DNA from: Methanobacteriota archaeon
GTDB lineage: Archaea > Thermoplasmatota > Thermoplasmata > Methanomassiliicoccales > Methanomethylophilaceae
Direction of reading: 5' to 3'
DNA length: 64,000 bases
NCBI GenBank assembly: GCA_023402275.1
Contig: JAEXCH010000010.1
Span: forward strand, 3,842 to 67,841
Shown here: in pieces, positions 9,903-20,500 of the stretch
How positions within the stretch are numbered: the first letter of the stretch is position 1
How the letters are laid out: every line of letters starts with the position of its first letter
Position numbers and translations under genes: made by a program
Notes under the pieces: generated by a model
What the model was told of the DNA's origin: nothing
Databases searched by the model: none
Seen by the model: the letters and a program-made list of their open reading frames with translations, nothing else

Positions 9903-10477
9903 TGACGAATTTTGCTATCATCGACACAGAAACCAATTGGAATGATGTAGTAATGTCAATTGGAGCAGTCATCGCCGATGCTGACACATACCAGCCTTTG
10001 TACTCAAAATACTATATCATAACACCCGAACATAGAGTCGGCGGTATGTTCTCGCATGCTTTGTTTTTAGAAGACGAGATGTTGAATTACGAATGCTCTC
10101 GAAAAAAGGCATTGAGCGATCTAATGACATGCTTCGAAAGCAACGGTGTTACAGATATATTCGCTTACAATGCTTCTTTCGATTATCGTCATTTACCCGA
10201 GCTGTCAGATTTTTGTTGGTATGATATTATGAAACTAGCGGCATACAGACAATTCAATCCGAAGATTCCTTCATACTCAAATTGTCACGGCACGGGAAGA
10301 CTGAAATCTGGCTACGGGGTTGAACCCATCCTGAGGTTACTTAGTGGTGATGTAACGTACTGCGAACAGCATAATGCACTTACCGATGCACTCGATGAAT
10401 TGAAAATAATGGTGCTACTCGAACACGGTTTTGATAGTTATGTAAAAATCAAAAAACGCAAGCATGTGCATGAATGA
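9902..10477 (+). CDS. DnaQ-like DEDDh 3'-5' exonuclease
   Basis: ExoI IIDTETN, ExoII AYNASFDYRHL, ExoIII HNALTDALDE. The start overlaps the helicase stop (TAATG), with GGGAGG about 10 nt upstream. Confidence 0.75.
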   Translation: MTNFAIIDTETNWNDVVMSIGAVIADADTYQPLYSKYYIITPEHRVGGMFSHALFLEDEMLNYECSRKKALSDLMTCFESNGVTDIFAYNASFDYRHLPELSDFCWYDIMKLAAYRQFNPKIPSYSNCHGTGRLKSGYGVEPILRLLSGDVTYCEQHNALTDALDELKIMVLLEHGFDSYVKIKKRKHVHE

Positions 10478-10721
10478 ATGAGGGCGGCACACCTCCGGAT
10501 ATGGTGTCAACTTTATCCGTGTAAAACCATGATAACGAAACAATTCACCTTATTCTTACAAAGTATGCGCGTGTGCGAGTTATAAGAACCTTTAATAAGG
10601 ATGATACAATCCTCGCAGTTACGTAAACTCAGGACCCGTCTAGTACGAACACTGAGAGCGCATCCGGAAGGACACGCGCTTGAGCACATCCCCTCGGGGA
10701 ACATTTACGGAGGAATTGAAA

Positions 10722-11198
10722 ATGGCTAAGGCAAAGAAAGAAGCGCCTGATGCAGTCGATGAGAACTTCAACTACATCGTCCGTATCGCAAGCAGCGATA
10801 TCGACGGTCAGAAGAGAACTGTCATCGGACTCCAGAGCATCAAAGGCGTAGGAAAGAGGGTCTCGCAGATCATCGCTAAGAAAGCGGATATTGACCCAAC
10901 AGTGAAGATAGGAACACTTTCGGATGAGAAGGTCAAGGAGATCGAAGCCCTTGTGACATCATATGTTGAATATGCCCCGCACTGGGCCATCAACAGGCAG
11001 ATGGATTACGAGACAGGTGCGGACATGCACCTGATCGGTAATGATCTCGAGATCATCCAGAAAGAGGATATCAACAGAATGAAGATGATCCGCTGTTACC
11101 GCGGAATCAGGCACGAGACACGCCACAAGGTCAGAGGACAGAGGACCCGTTCCAACGGAAGGAAGGGACTGACCATCGGTGTCCAGAGGAAATCCTGA
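10722..11198 (+). CDS. rps13: 30S ribosomal protein S13 (uS13)
   Basis: GVGKRVSQII and the C-terminal RGIRHETRHKVRGQRTRSNGRKG. ATG at 10722 is preceded by GGAGG, which I prefer to the TTG at 10680 in the ORF track. Confidence 0.9.
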   Translation: MAKAKKEAPDAVDENFNYIVRIASSDIDGQKRTVIGLQSIKGVGKRVSQIIAKKADIDPTVKIGTLSDEKVKEIEALVTSYVEYAPHWAINRQMDYETGADMHLIGNDLEIIQKEDINRMKMIRCYRGIRHETRHKVRGQRTRSNGRKGLTIGVQRKS

Positions 11199-11208
11199 GG
11201 TGATTTGA

Positions 11209-11859
11209 ATGGGAGATCCAAAATTCTCACGCAGGTCTTATGACACACCCTCGCACCCTTGGGAAGGCGAGAGGATAAAGAAAGAAGTAGAGGTCGTACG
11301 CGAGTTCGGCCTTAAGAACAAGACAGAGGTATGGAAAGCACAGACCGTCCTCAGGAACTTCAGGAAGCAGTCAAGGGAATTGCAGGCACGCCTCAGGGGA
11401 GGAGATGCACAGGCAAAGATCGAGGCTGACGCACTCCTTAGGAAATGTTCCCGTATGGGTATCCTTCCGGTAACAGGATCGACACTCAACGACATCCTTG
11501 TTCTTTCAGAGAACGACATCCTTTCCAGGAGACTTCAGACAGTTGTCTACGAAAAGGGATTGTCAACAACGATAAAGCAGGCAAGACAGATGATCACACA
11601 CGGTCACATACACATAAACGGCCACAGGGTCACCGTTCCCGGATACATAGTCACGAGGGAAGAGGAGGCATCGGTCGTATACAACGATGTATCTCCGTTC
11701 ACGGATGAGATGCACCCGATGAGGATATCTGCAGAGCAGGCAGCCGCCAACGCTTCAATGAAAGCAGAGGCGGAGGCAAAGGCAGCAGCCGAGGCCGCAG
11801 CAGCAGCAAAGGCAGATGCAGAGGAAGCAGGAATAACACTCGAGGACGGTGAGATCTGA
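11209..11859 (+). CDS. rps4: 30S ribosomal protein S4 (uS4) with an Ala/Glu-rich C-terminal tail
   Basis: N-terminus [19 protein letters not shown]; S4 domain [18 protein letters not shown]. The last ~45 aa are low complexity ([22 protein letters not shown]). Confidence 0.9.
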   Translation: MGDPKFSRRSYDTPSHPWEGERIKKEVEVVREFGLKNKTEVWKAQTVLRNFRKQSRELQARLRGGDAQAKIEADALLRKCSRMGILPVTGSTLNDILVLSENDILSRRLQTVVYEKGLSTTIKQARQMITHGHIHINGHRVTVPGYIVTREEEASVVYNDVSPFTDEMHPMRISAEQAAANASMKAEAEAKAAAEAAAAAKADAEEAGITLEDGEI

Positions 11860-12248
11860 TGGCAACAGCAAAATGGGGAATAGCAAACATATACGCAAGC
11901 TACAACAACGTCATGATCACCCTTACCGACATAACCGGTGCTGAGACCATCGGAAAGGTAACCGGTGGAATGGTCGTCAAGCAGGCAAAGGATGAATCCT
12001 CTCCGTACGCAGCACAGAAGGCGGCAGAGAAGATCGCCGAGGTCGCAAAGGAAAGGGACATCGTAGGGATACACGTCAAGGTACGTGCACCCGGAGGAAA
12101 CAAATCAACCTCACCCGGGCCCGGTGCTCAGGCAGCGATCCGTGCTCTTGCAAGAGCAGGACTCAAGATCGGACGTATCGAGGACGTCACACCTATTCCG
12201 CACGACGGTACTAAGAAGAAGGGCGGTCGCAGAGGACGCAGGGTCTGA
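11859..12248 (+). CDS. rps11: 30S ribosomal protein S11 (uS11)
   Basis: [48 protein letters not shown]. The start overlaps the rps4 stop (TGATG). Confidence 0.9.
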   Translation: MATAKWGIANIYASYNNVMITLTDITGAETIGKVTGGMVVKQAKDESSPYAAQKAAEKIAEVAKERDIVGIHVKVRAPGGNKSTSPGPGAQAAIRALARAGLKIGRIEDVTPIPHDGTKKKGGRRGRRV

Positions 12249-12260
12249 GGGGGCACTCCG

Positions 12261-13091
12261 ATGGAGATAGAGATACGCGAAATGGCAGAAAGGAAAGGAA
12301 GCTTCATACTGAAGAACTCGTCCCCTGCCATGGCGAATGCCCTCAGAAGGACCATGCTCACCGACATACCCAAGATGGCAATCGACAAAGTGGAGTTCCA
12401 CCTGGGACCCATTATGGTCGATGACAAGGAGTATGAGAGCGTCACGCCTCTGTTCGACGAGATCGTTGCACACAGACTCGGAATGGTACCTGTTCCCACT
12501 GACTATGAATTGTTCGGCGAACAGGAACACTGTGTCTGTGGCGGAGAGGGATGTCCCAGCTGTACGATAATGTACAGTCTGAACAAGATAGGCCCGTGTA
12601 CGGTCCTTTCCGGGGACATGATGCCTCTCGGCAATCCGGACCTTGCTGTCAAGGACCAGTTCATACCGATCGTAGAGCTTACTGACGGACAGGCTGTCCT
12701 GATATACGCTACTGCGGTTATGGGAACTGCGAAGAAACACGTGAAATGGCAGGCGGCATTCGGTGTGGGGTACAAGTACCTCCCTTACGTCACGATCGAG
12801 GACGCAAGGGCTGGCGATCCCGATACCGTAAGGTCGATAAATGTCTGTCCGAGAGGTGTGTTCGAGATAAAGAACGGAAAGCTGAAGGTCAGGGACATGC
12901 TCAACTGCGGTATGTGCAGGGAATGTGAGGTGATATCAAAGGGAGCGATCAAGGTCGATGCCGATGATAAGAACTTCTATTTCAAGTACGAGACAGATGG
13001 TTCACTGACAGCACAGCAGGTTCTCGACAAAGCGCTTGACATCCTTTCTAAGCAGACGGACGAAGTCTACTCTGAGATAGAAGGTCTTTAA
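12261..13091 (+). CDS. rpoD: DNA-directed RNA polymerase subunit D (Rpo3)
   Basis: Follows S13-S4-S11, the conserved archaeal order. Cys clusters CVCGGEGCPSC and CPRGV...CGMCRECE fit the Fe-S domain of archaeal subunit D. Confidence 0.85.
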   Translation: MEIEIREMAERKGSFILKNSSPAMANALRRTMLTDIPKMAIDKVEFHLGPIMVDDKEYESVTPLFDEIVAHRLGMVPVPTDYELFGEQEHCVCGGEGCPSCTIMYSLNKIGPCTVLSGDMMPLGNPDLAVKDQFIPIVELTDGQAVLIYATAVMGTAKKHVKWQAAFGVGYKYLPYVTIEDARAGDPDTVRSINVCPRGVFEIKNGKLKVRDMLNCGMCRECEVISKGAIKVDADDKNFYFKYETDGSLTAQQVLDKALDILSKQTDEVYSEIEGL

Positions 13092-13121
13092 ACAATAAAG
13101 GGCGAAAGCCCATTCTTCATT

Positions 13122-16100
13122 TTAATAGAAATCAGAGAGTCTGCATTTCTTCACTTTGTCGTTATTGAAGACAGAGTTCATGCTCATCTCGAGGATCATT
13201 ATCCTTTCCTTTGTGTAATCATCGAGTTCATACTTCTCGCTTATGTTCTTGGAAACCTCAAGATACTTCTTGACGCTCGCCTCATGTACTGTCAAGGTGA
13301 GCTGATTGCCGCATTTGCACATACCAGCCAAAGGCATGCGTCTGTACTTCTCGCCGCATTTAGTACATCTTACGGTCTGAGTGCTGAAACTCCTTAGGTT
13401 ACCGGCCATATCCGGAAGGAAGTGTTTGTTGATGATCTTGATGGCGACATCCCTCTCATCCACAGCTCTGATCTTCTTTCCCAGATACAATTGGGCGTCC
13501 ATCTTGTCGGTCATCGATTCCAATGTGGTGTATGCGGAGTTCTTAGGGCCTTCAGAGATGTCGCGGGTATCATGGGTGAATCCCAATCCCTCGTATTGTC
13601 TGGGAGTGCCGATACGGCCTGCGATCAGGTCCATGATCTTCTCTATCTCCTTGGGATCGCGCATATCCATTGCCGCGTAGTAGAACTCCAAAGGGTATGA
13701 TCTGTGACAATCTATGTTGTGGGCCTCCTTATCGATCTCGTTAGGATCGAGCCTTGTTGTAAGAACCAAAGGAGCATCCATCAATCCTCCCCTTCTGTCA
13801 GGAAGGAACGATCTTGAGAAATTCAAAAGACCGTCCATGGCAAGTATCACGCAATCCTCATCCCCATCGCAGTTCCTTCTTTTCGCCGCATGGAAGAAGG
13901 GATGCCCGTAGCATCCTCTTATCTCGGAGTATCCGATTATGCGGCATAGGATGCACCCGGATGTATGTGGTGCCAGACCGAATGTCATATGGCCGATCAG
14001 ATCCTTTCTGTCATTCACATTATAGAATCTGTCAAGACCGTAGAACTCTTCTAATTCATCGTCAAGGAACCTTGCTACCTTGACCAGGAAATCCCCGCAG
14101 TTCTTAGCTGGGATTATATCCTGGACCTTTAGCTCGCATATCTGTTCCTCACTGGTAAGGGGGTCGCCGTTCCAATCGTGGACATACCCTAGCTGGTGAG
14201 CTTTCTCAATGCTCAATCCGATCTCCCTGGGTTTGAAATGTGTGAGCGGGACATCGGTCATATCGTATCTGATGGTTCCATCTTTGAACACGGAAACATC
14301 GTTCTTGACCCTCAGTATCCCCTTCTCCAGAACTTCTGGGGTCTTTGATCTGGATATCAATCCTTCGACGCATCTCAATTCACTTGGCTGCCTTTCCTTC
14401 AGCATAGATAGTGCTGCCGCATACTCCTCGGAGAGATTGATGTTCATCATTGAGGGGCCGGTAGCTCCGTATGCTTTGTTGACCCTGGATGCCACTGTAT
14501 GCGTATCGCATGTCCTGCACCAGGTACGGAATGTCTGATTACTGCATTTGGGACACATCCTCTTTCCCACTTCAATATTCAGTGTGGGCTCGGCACTGGA
14601 GTTCAGACTTATCCTGCTCTTCGATGCTTTGATCGCCGAATCTATATCCCTGCCGTATTGTCCGTCCCTGCCCATCGGGAAAAGGGAGTGGACCTTAGGG
14701 GACATCTCCCTCTCCTTTGCCTTCTCCGGTCTGGCCATTCTCGTTCCGACACGGGTCATGGCCTTTGCTCTTATCTCGAACCCGGCAGCATTGCTGACAG
14801 CAGTAAGGGGATCATTCCCTGTGAACTCCCTTATCGAGATCATCTTTCCATCCTTGATCCCGAGTCCAAGACCGTCTATCAAGGGAAGTGAGTACAATTC
14901 ATCTATCACGACATTGCCATCTATCATACGGTGGGTCGCACACAGGTCCTCAAGTGTCCTCTTCGATATCGGTTCTTTTGGTAATATCAGATTCTTATCG
15001 AATGAACCGTTTGAAAGTATGTGATCCCTGAGTTCGGAAAGTCTCTCTACGTCAACATCCGACCAGAACATGTTGTACTTCGGATGCAAAGGGACTCCAA
15101 GTTGTGAGCACATCTCTTTCGCTCTTTCGTATGTCGGGTCCTCCCAATCCTCGGGAAGTTCGCCCTTTGCCAATATCTCTTCTTTATGCCATTCTATAGG
15201 ATATCCGCATGGTACAAGTGTGTGGTTGTTCTCGCTGAACTCTCCGTAGGGGATGAGTATCTCGCCGTTATCCACTATCTCGACCACATCCTTGCTAACT
15301 GCGATCATCTCTTCCTTGGTCTGACAATGTACCAGATCGCCGTTCTTCAGGATCAGGAATGGTCCGTCAAGGATATCGCACGGTGTAGCGACACAGGCCT
15401 TTCCAGGCCTCTCTATCTTTATCTGTGTACCTAAGGCCATGAACTCATCCATGGCATACATGCTTGCGGGGCTGAATGCCAATGCGGCAAGACCCGCGGT
15501 CCTTGCCCTTCCGTATCTCAATCTGAATCCTCCGACCTTGCAGGGATGACCGAATATGGGCCTCCCAGCAACCAGATCCTTCAGATATGTCATGGATGGT
15601 CTGACGACCTTTTGATCATCCTTATCCTCTTCCGGCGTCTTGTGGGCATCGATGTATTCACCGATGAACTCCCATCCGGGGATCTTCAGTTTATCCACGT
15701 GCTTCTTTAGTTTGGATGCCTTCTGACACATACCTTCGGCAATGACCAGACATGCTCCTCCCCTTACCTTGTTGGTCTCTATCCTGGGGAGGTCCCTGTA
15801 ACCTGATATCTCCATGGTCTCCGTCCCCTCACCGTCTATACAGATCGGACAGTTGCTGACAATAAGATTTATCTCTTGAGAGTTAGGAGAGAACTGAAGG
15901 TGCTGGCATTGTTTGTACAATGGAATCTCCTCATCGAATCTGGCTATCTCTTCCTTGGTCGGTATGTATCTACCTATGCCCAATTCCTGACGTACCATAT
16001 CTGCGATAAGAACACTCATCGCCTGTGCGGTACCGCCTGCTGCACGTATAGGTCCGGCGAACATCAGGTCGATATAATTCGAACCGTCGCCGTTTGTCTT

Positions 16101-16502
16101 GATCTTTGTGTCTGCTATACCTTCGAGAGGTGCCACCAATATTCCTTCTGTAAGGACTGCCAAACCTACTCTGACCGCCCTGTCCACCGCCTGCTCCAGA
16201 CTTTCAGCGGGTCTGTTGGCTATCTCTCTTGCTATCATCAGAGCGACGATCTCACGATTGCCATGTTCCAAAGTGAGTCTTCTGATATCATCGGCAACCC
16301 CATCAACATTATAGTCGGAAAGGAGCTTCTCGACACGTGATGCAAGATCCTCGGCCTGAGGTATCTCAACGAATATCTCCGGGTCCTTTCCCTGGGCCCT
16401 TGCCCTCTCGGCTATCTCATAGCATATGTCATTCTGTTTAGAGAGGTTCTTGAAGTATTCCTTCATCTCATCGCTTGCAGCTACCTCTCCTGCCATGTTC
16501 AA
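13122..16502 (-). CDS. polC: DNA polymerase II (PolD) large subunit DP2
   Basis: 1126 aa. Typical N-terminus (YFKNL...YEIAERARAQGKDPE); Zn-finger clusters CPKCSNQTFRTWCRTCD and CTKCGEKYRRMPLAGMCKCG. No intein-like insertion noticed. Confidence 0.9.
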   Translation of the reverse strand: MNMAGEVAASDEMKEYFKNLSKQNDICYEIAERARAQGKDPEIFVEIPQAEDLASRVEKLLSDYNVDGVADDIRRLTLEHGNREIVALMIAREIANRPAESLEQAVDRAVRVGLAVLTEGILVAPLEGIADTKIKTNGDGSNYIDLMFAGPIRAAGGTAQAMSVLIADMVRQELGIGRYIPTKEEIARFDEEIPLYKQCQHLQFSPNSQEINLIVSNCPICIDGEGTETMEISGYRDLPRIETNKVRGGACLVIAEGMCQKASKLKKHVDKLKIPGWEFIGEYIDAHKTPEEDKDDQKVVRPSMTYLKDLVAGRPIFGHPCKVGGFRLRYGRARTAGLAALAFSPASMYAMDEFMALGTQIKIERPGKACVATPCDILDGPFLILKNGDLVHCQTKEEMIAVSKDVVEIVDNGEILIPYGEFSENNHTLVPCGYPIEWHKEEILAKGELPEDWEDPTYERAKEMCSQLGVPLHPKYNMFWSDVDVERLSELRDHILSNGSFDKNLILPKEPISKRTLEDLCATHRMIDGNVVIDELYSLPLIDGLGLGIKDGKMISIREFTGNDPLTAVSNAAGFEIRAKAMTRVGTRMARPEKAKEREMSPKVHSLFPMGRDGQYGRDIDSAIKASKSRISLNSSAEPTLNIEVGKRMCPKCSNQTFRTWCRTCDTHTVASRVNKAYGATGPSMMNINLSEEYAAALSMLKERQPSELRCVEGLISRSKTPEVLEKGILRVKNDVSVFKDGTIRYDMTDVPLTHFKPREIGLSIEKAHQLGYVHDWNGDPLTSEEQICELKVQDIIPAKNCGDFLVKVARFLDDELEEFYGLDRFYNVNDRKDLIGHMTFGLAPHTSGCILCRIIGYSEIRGCYGHPFFHAAKRRNCDGDEDCVILAMDGLLNFSRSFLPDRRGGLMDAPLVLTTRLDPNEIDKEAHNIDCHRSYPLEFYYAAMDMRDPKEIEKIMDLIAGRIGTPRQYEGLGFTHDTRDISEGPKNSAYTTLESMTDKMDAQLYLGKKIRAVDERDVAIKIINKHFLPDMAGNLRSFSTQTVRCTKCGEKYRRMPLAGMCKCGNQLTLTVHEASVKKYLEVSKNISEKYELDDYTKERIMILEMSMNSVFNNDKVKKCRLSDFY

Positions 16503-17497
16503 ACCTCTTCAGATGCTACGGCCCTCTCCCTGAATATCTTTCTCATCGGTTCCAATATCGCATCGGTGAGTTCTTCCATTCCCTCATCGGTCTCGACCGA
16601 GAAACTCAGGTTCTCGTTGTTCCTGTTCATGACATCGCTTTTGCTCTCTGCGACTATTATAGGTATTCCGGAGAAATTCTTCTTTATTGTTTCAAGCAAA
16701 GCGGTCTGTTTCTCCATATCATAACCGCATGTCTCCGAGGGGTCCATGAGGAATAACATGACATCGGTAAGATATCTCAATGCAAGCACTGCCTGTTTCT
16801 CGATGTCGTTCCTGTCCTCGAACTCACGGTCCAACAATCCCGGTGTGTCTATGATCTGGAACATCCTCCAATCGTCTTTCACGTGACCGATTATTATTCC
16901 CTTCGTAGTGAAAGGGTAAGGTGCGACCTGAGGCGCGGCAGTACTGAGCTTTGCAACAAGGCTGCTCTTTCCGACATTGGGGAACCCTGCGACAACAAGC
17001 GTTGGTATGTTAGGGTCCACAGCGGGAAGTTTCCTGAATTTGTTCTTTGCGTCCTGAAGGAAGAGCAGATCCTCGTTAATCCTCTTGATGTAGGAGGACA
17101 TCCTTCCGTAGAAGCTGTTCTTGATCCCCTCTATTACCTTGGGATCCTTACTTCTCCTGACATCCCTGAGAGAATCGTTCTTCAGTTTATCTATGCGGCT
17201 GGATGCCCAATTCAAAGCCCCTAAGGCCTTCTTGTATCTGTCTATCCCGATGACCAGATCGATGAGTTCAGGGAGGAAGTCCTCCTCTTTCTCTATCCTC
17301 GGGAACTTCTTGATGTATCCGTTAAGTGTGGTAGTGACGATATCGGCAGATGCCGTTATCTTGGCCAGTGTTGTCTTCTTCTTACCGTCCAGTGCATCTG
17401 TCCCTTTCTTTGATATCTTGGATGCCCTCTTGAAGGACTTGTCCATGAGTTCATCCGCAGAAAGGACGGTAGGTACCTTGTAGCTCATTCCGACCAT
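16499..17497 (-). CDS. NOG1-family GTP-binding protein
   Basis: G1 GFPNVGKSS, G3 DTPGLLD, with a Nog1-like N-terminal helical region. Its 3' end overlaps the polC start by 4 nt. Confidence 0.8.
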   Translation of the reverse strand: MVGMSYKVPTVLSADELMDKSFKRASKISKKGTDALDGKKKTTLAKITASADIVTTTLNGYIKKFPRIEKEEDFLPELIDLVIGIDRYKKALGALNWASSRIDKLKNDSLRDVRRSKDPKVIEGIKNSFYGRMSSYIKRINEDLLFLQDAKNKFRKLPAVDPNIPTLVVAGFPNVGKSSLVAKLSTAAPQVAPYPFTTKGIIIGHVKDDWRMFQIIDTPGLLDREFEDRNDIEKQAVLALRYLTDVMLFLMDPSETCGYDMEKQTALLETIKKNFSGIPIIVAESKSDVMNRNNENLSFSVETDEGMEELTDAILEPMRKIFRERAVASEEV

Positions 17498-17571
17498 GGA
17501 TGGGTTATATGCATCCTCTATAATTAAGCATGGATGTCCTTATTATTTTTTAGTAAATATTGTAAGAGGTT

Positions 17572-20500
17572 TTACGCGGATCTGAAAGTGGCTCTTAAGA
17601 GCCAGAGATCAGATTCCCCGGTCGCATCTACTTTCAAAGGTGTAGGTATGACAGCGCTGGGACAATCAATGATGATGACACCTGCTGTTACTTTCCATTC
17701 TCCTGTATCGGATCCTATCATCCTGCAGAGACCTGACATGTTGCTGTTCATATGGATTCCGATCTTAACATTGGGATAGGAGTCCATATTCTTCAGGAAA
17801 TTCGGGGAGGTAATGCCGGTATACACCATCACTCCGAGATACAGATTGTCGGTCAAAACTTCCTTGGGCCTCAGTCCGTAAGGGTTCTCTATGTTGAGGA
17901 GTATGGATTCTATCTCTCCCACAAGATACTTCAATCCTTCCTCAACGAATCCAGAATCGATGAACAATGCTATCCTTATCCCGGAACACATGGTCGAAGT
18001 GGCATCCTTTATCTCCAATGATACGAATATCGACGCTTCGACAAGACATCCCGCAAGCATCTCTATTCCCGATGTTATCGCATGATGTATCGCTGCCTGG
18101 AAGAATGCGGACAGGTCACCCGTACTTTTGAGAGCTTTCATCTCTCCCATGGTCTTCACCGCAGAATCCTTAAGGATCTTCAACATCTGGGTCTTGACCA
18201 TCTCTCCGCTCACAAGACCTCCGCAGTTGCCTGTTCCCGGGGTTCCTTTGGCAAATGTCCAGTCTATTGCTCCGTCAGCTACCCTTTGCCAAGTGTAATC
18301 ATCGTTCTTGGAGTCCTTCTTCGCAGGGGTCTTGTCAACCTCCTTTCCATCAGGTGCTCTGAGTATCACGCACTCCCCTGCAGAAAGAAGGGATGAACCG
18401 GAATTGTTGAGGAATGCTCCGGGAAGATGGATCACCTCTCTTTGTCCTGGTGACAATATCAATTCTTCAATAACATGGACCTTCGTCTTTGGATTGGATC
18501 CAGCATGTATTGTGTATCCTTTCAGGTCCACCTTTGACTTCGTTGCGTTGTATATCTCTATCCATTCGTTATCCCTGTCCTCCCCGGGAGGGTTCAGTTC
18601 GAATTCGTTGATCAGTATCCCTGTCTCGAACGGGATGTTGTATTTTAGATTAACTCCGGCATCTATGGATGCCTTGGCTCCTGGGATAGGGAGCGGGATG
18701 TTCGATAACATTGAACCTATTGCCGGAACATCCGACAAAGAGAATTCCAAATGTTTGTATTGGACCAGATCTGGAAGTAGGATATCGAAAGCAACTCCCT
18801 TCACGGAACCGGTCATGGATATCATGTGTTTGGTGGATCTCATCAAAGGATCGATGTCCGCAGAGACCTCCCAATCCTCTCCCTTGATCCCGGCATTACC
18901 TGTAAGTATCATCTCCTTGCTGGATCCGGATCCTTTCTGTTTTACGGTCAGCGATCCGGACACCGTTAGTTTATCCACGACACAGCTCATTGTCACTGTG
19001 AGAAGGGTCTTGGTGTTGTTGACAAGAGTGGAGAGTTTGGTTGTGAATGTAACGGTGAAACCCATGAACGAGAAACCTATTGTCTGTTTGGACATGTTCA
19101 TATCCACTATCCATTGAACTGCATCCACTGCCTTCTCCATAGCATAGTTGAACAGTTCGTTCAAATTATTCTCTATGAAATCCCCTATGGTCTCCAACGG
19201 TATGATCAATGCATTATACAATCTCTCGACAACAGATGCAACATACTTCGAGAACTCTATCAATGCAGAGTTCAGAATGGACAGAGCATCCATTATCATC
19301 GACATCAATTTCCTAAGGGGTTCCAGTATCGGTGAGAGAAGATCCAACAGGACATTCCAAGCATCATCCAGAAGTGTGTTGCTCGGGGTGTATCCTTTGA
19401 CCCCGGACAATCCCCATCCGCTGGCGACCACGATCTTCAGCTCAATATCGATGTCCGACGATCCTCTGTATGATGAGTCCGAGATGCCGATCGCAGACTC
19501 TATGATCCCGGAGCTTGTTATCGTGTGTTCGAGTTTGTCCGTTATCTTTATTGAAAATGCTGTTGCATATGATGCACCGGTGTTCTCATTGAATCCAACA
19601 TAATGGATACAATCCGAAAGATTGTCCTTAGGACCTTTAACGGAGATGGCGGGGGAAGATGTGTATGAGATGTTTAGTTTCTCCGTGTAGATACTGCCGT
19701 CCCTGTCGGTGAGTATGAATTCATCAGTCGTAGGAAGGTCTATGGTCCCGTTGTATCCGTTGATGTTCATGTTATCGCGGGATTCCTGACAAAGTGTCAG
19801 TATCCGATCGGGGACGTTCGTGCCAACACCCAACAGAAGTATATCTTTCGTTAGAAGTGCTCTGCTGATGTCCTTGATGATCCCGGGTTGTCCTCCAGGT
19901 ACTCTCTCCAAAGCGGCAAGCTGTTCCACGCAATCCTGAACGGCGAGTTCATATTCCCTTATGAATCCCCTGACATCATTGCTTTCCATTATGTTTTCGA
20001 TGATCTTCTTCAGATCCTGATCCTTCAATGTTATCGAGTTCTCTTTAAACGATGCCAGTATCGAATCCTCCACGGATGTTCTGACGTTGTTAATGAACGA
20101 AGGGATCCCGTATATATCGACATAAGCGTTCGATATCACCCTGAATATAGAAGCGTAGAAAGGATCGGAGATGTTCTGTTCCCTTATCGCACTCTCCATC
20201 TTCTTTTCGATCTCCTCATTCCCTTTGGATAATGCGCCCTCAACCGCCTTGCATATAGCATCCATTAACGATTCATCATCATCGGCATCGATGTGCAGAC
20301 TTATGGTTCCCAGGGATCTGTTACTTGCGATACCGACCGCTGCGGAATTGATCACGTTCCTTATCCACTCCCTTATCTCATTGGTCTCCTCTCTATGGTC
20401 GCTTTTGAAATTCGATATCCCATCCCAGGACATTAGATCGACAGAAGGATACTGAATCGAGATACTGGATGCCGGCAATGTTATAGTTTCATTGTTCACA

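Noticed and set aside
10680-10721. TTG start for rps13 given by the ORF track.
   Set aside because: ATG 10722 has GGAGG at proper spacing and gives the usual MAKAKKE-type N-terminus.
7778-10721. Search for an att-type direct repeat of the tRNA-Leu 3' end, and for an integrase bounding the AT-rich islet.
   Set aside because: No copy of ggttcgaatccggtcctcggc or a substantial part of it is visible at the distal edge, and there is no integrase ORF. I therefore do not call it an integrated element, only a compositional islet.
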